NCBI RefSeq assembly: GCF_018350175.1
Contig: NC_058368.1
Location: 48,362,001 to 48,426,000, forward strand
Direction: 5' to 3'
Source of the DNA: Felis catus
Taxonomy: Eukaryota
Length of the DNA: 64,000 nt
Shown: positions 62,681 to 64,000 of the stretch, in pieces
Numbering within the stretch: position 1 is the first letter of the stretch
Layout of the letters: the number at the start of each line of letters is the position of its first letter
Made by a program: the position numbers and the translations under genes
The notes under the pieces: model-generated
Told to the model about the DNA's origin: nothing
Databases searched by the model: none
What the model saw: the letters and a program-made list of their open reading frames with translations, nothing else

Positions 62681-64000
62681 TTCCATCCACATTCAGGCAA
62701 CAAAAATCTACCCTTCCCATAGAACGATGTCTTCTTCATGAGACTTCATTTCATTTTCTAACGGTACATAATCTCTCCTTTTCAAAAAAAACACGCATAC
62801 TTTGTACTTACACATTTTTATGGAACCCTTGCACTTTCCATTTTGAATTATACCTAAGCATAGTATAGTTATTTTACATCCCTTATTATTCTGTCTACGC
62901 CTTGAGAGGAGAGCCATATCAATTATACTCTCTTGTACACAGTGAAATATAACATTGACTGATGATGATGATGGTAATAAATGCAGGTCCCTATTTGAAA
63001 TGGTCACAGTGGTTCTCAGTTGGCAAAGATTTTGCAATGTAACGATGAAAGTGTCTAGTTCACATTTTATTTTAAAAATCACATTCTGGCTTATATTCTA
63101 ATATTAACATTGTTGGGGGAAAAGTCACAATCATTAAATTTCTATTACTTGGTAAAGTCTCAGATAATTATATTTTGGGCTTGACTAGGCCAATGAATGA
63201 CACAGAAATGGAAATGTTCATAACTTTTCATCACTTTTTACCTAAATTACATTTAACAGGCTTTTCTTTTCTTTCAGGAAAATATTTTAAATAGTTAAAC
63301 ATACCTATCATTTCTATAATATGAGCTACTGCTTGGAAACTTCAATGAAGGAATTTAATCACTTAAAATACAGCTTAAAAATTAATGTTTGTTGAGATTA
63401 TTACAACAGCGACTAGGTTTCATTTTTCTAAAGAATCATGACTAAAACTACTTTTCATATTTGTAAAAAGAAAATGAACACAGATTTACAACTGTCTTGT
63501 GTTCACTGGAAATATGTCTTAGAGCACAAAAGGCTTTTGTGATTAAAGAGTTCATAAAATTTTCCATTAATAAGTGGGCTTTTACACTATGCTTGGTAAC
63601 CTTATACAACTCTCCAGAGTCGGCTAAGAGCCTTGAACTCTAGGAGCCCTCTGAGATAATCACGACACCACCATTTCCTGTTTCTTTCCATTTTGTCAAT
63701 TCATTACTGCTCAAAACCCAAGCTAACCAGCTTCCATCAATTTATTCAAGTGAATCCACTTTAAGCAGGGATGATTTGAAACGCTTACTAAAAAAGTGAT
63801 TTTGTGGTGAGCGCGTATGGTAGATAATGAAATCACCAAACTCATGTTCATGTGGAATGAGGAGAGATTTTAGGCATTATACCATGGCCTTTTAATTCAC
63901 CCTTCTTATTTCACTTGGTCTTTTTGCTCCATTGGTTCGTAGACTGGATACAATTAAATCTTTCATGAAACAGACTGAGATCTGCTATAATAATTTTAAG

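Noticed and set aside
62708..63082. 124-aa minus-strand ORF in non-repeat sequence
   Set aside because: No recognisable domain, AT-rich, no convincing splice or Kozak context; length is compatible with chance.

Overview
Mammalian, repeat-rich, non-coding DNA (intronic or intergenic), almost certainly from a felid. It carries about 25 tRNA-derived CanSINEs of feline type (SINEC_Fc-like, three age classes) and one full-length but inactivated L1 (~16067-23298, + strand, with a SINE nested in its 3'UTR). It also has several solo LTRs (MER34-like, MER21-like, four MLT1/MaLR, one ERVL fragment), DNA-transposon relics (Tigger2a-like, MER20, MER58-like, MADE2-like) and many old L2/MIR fragments. I recognise no host protein-coding exon; the ORF-track entries outside L1 are repeat-derived or chance ORFs. 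I found no convincing new multi-gene system. The most notable features are: a perfect 125-bp tandem duplication across two head-to-head SINEs that share one TTTTAAA target; an MLT1 LTR that stops at its own poly(A) site and has a poly(A) tail (probable L1-made retrocopy); several templated or fold-back insertion scars, one copying 25 bp from 1.3 kb upstream within L1 ORF2; an isolated 200-bp CpG-rich patch beside an E-box cluster; an ETS-site cluster; and a consensus CTCF motif in the L1 5'UTR. Repeat subfamily names come from recall of consensus sequences, not from a database search, and boundaries of old repeats are approximate.
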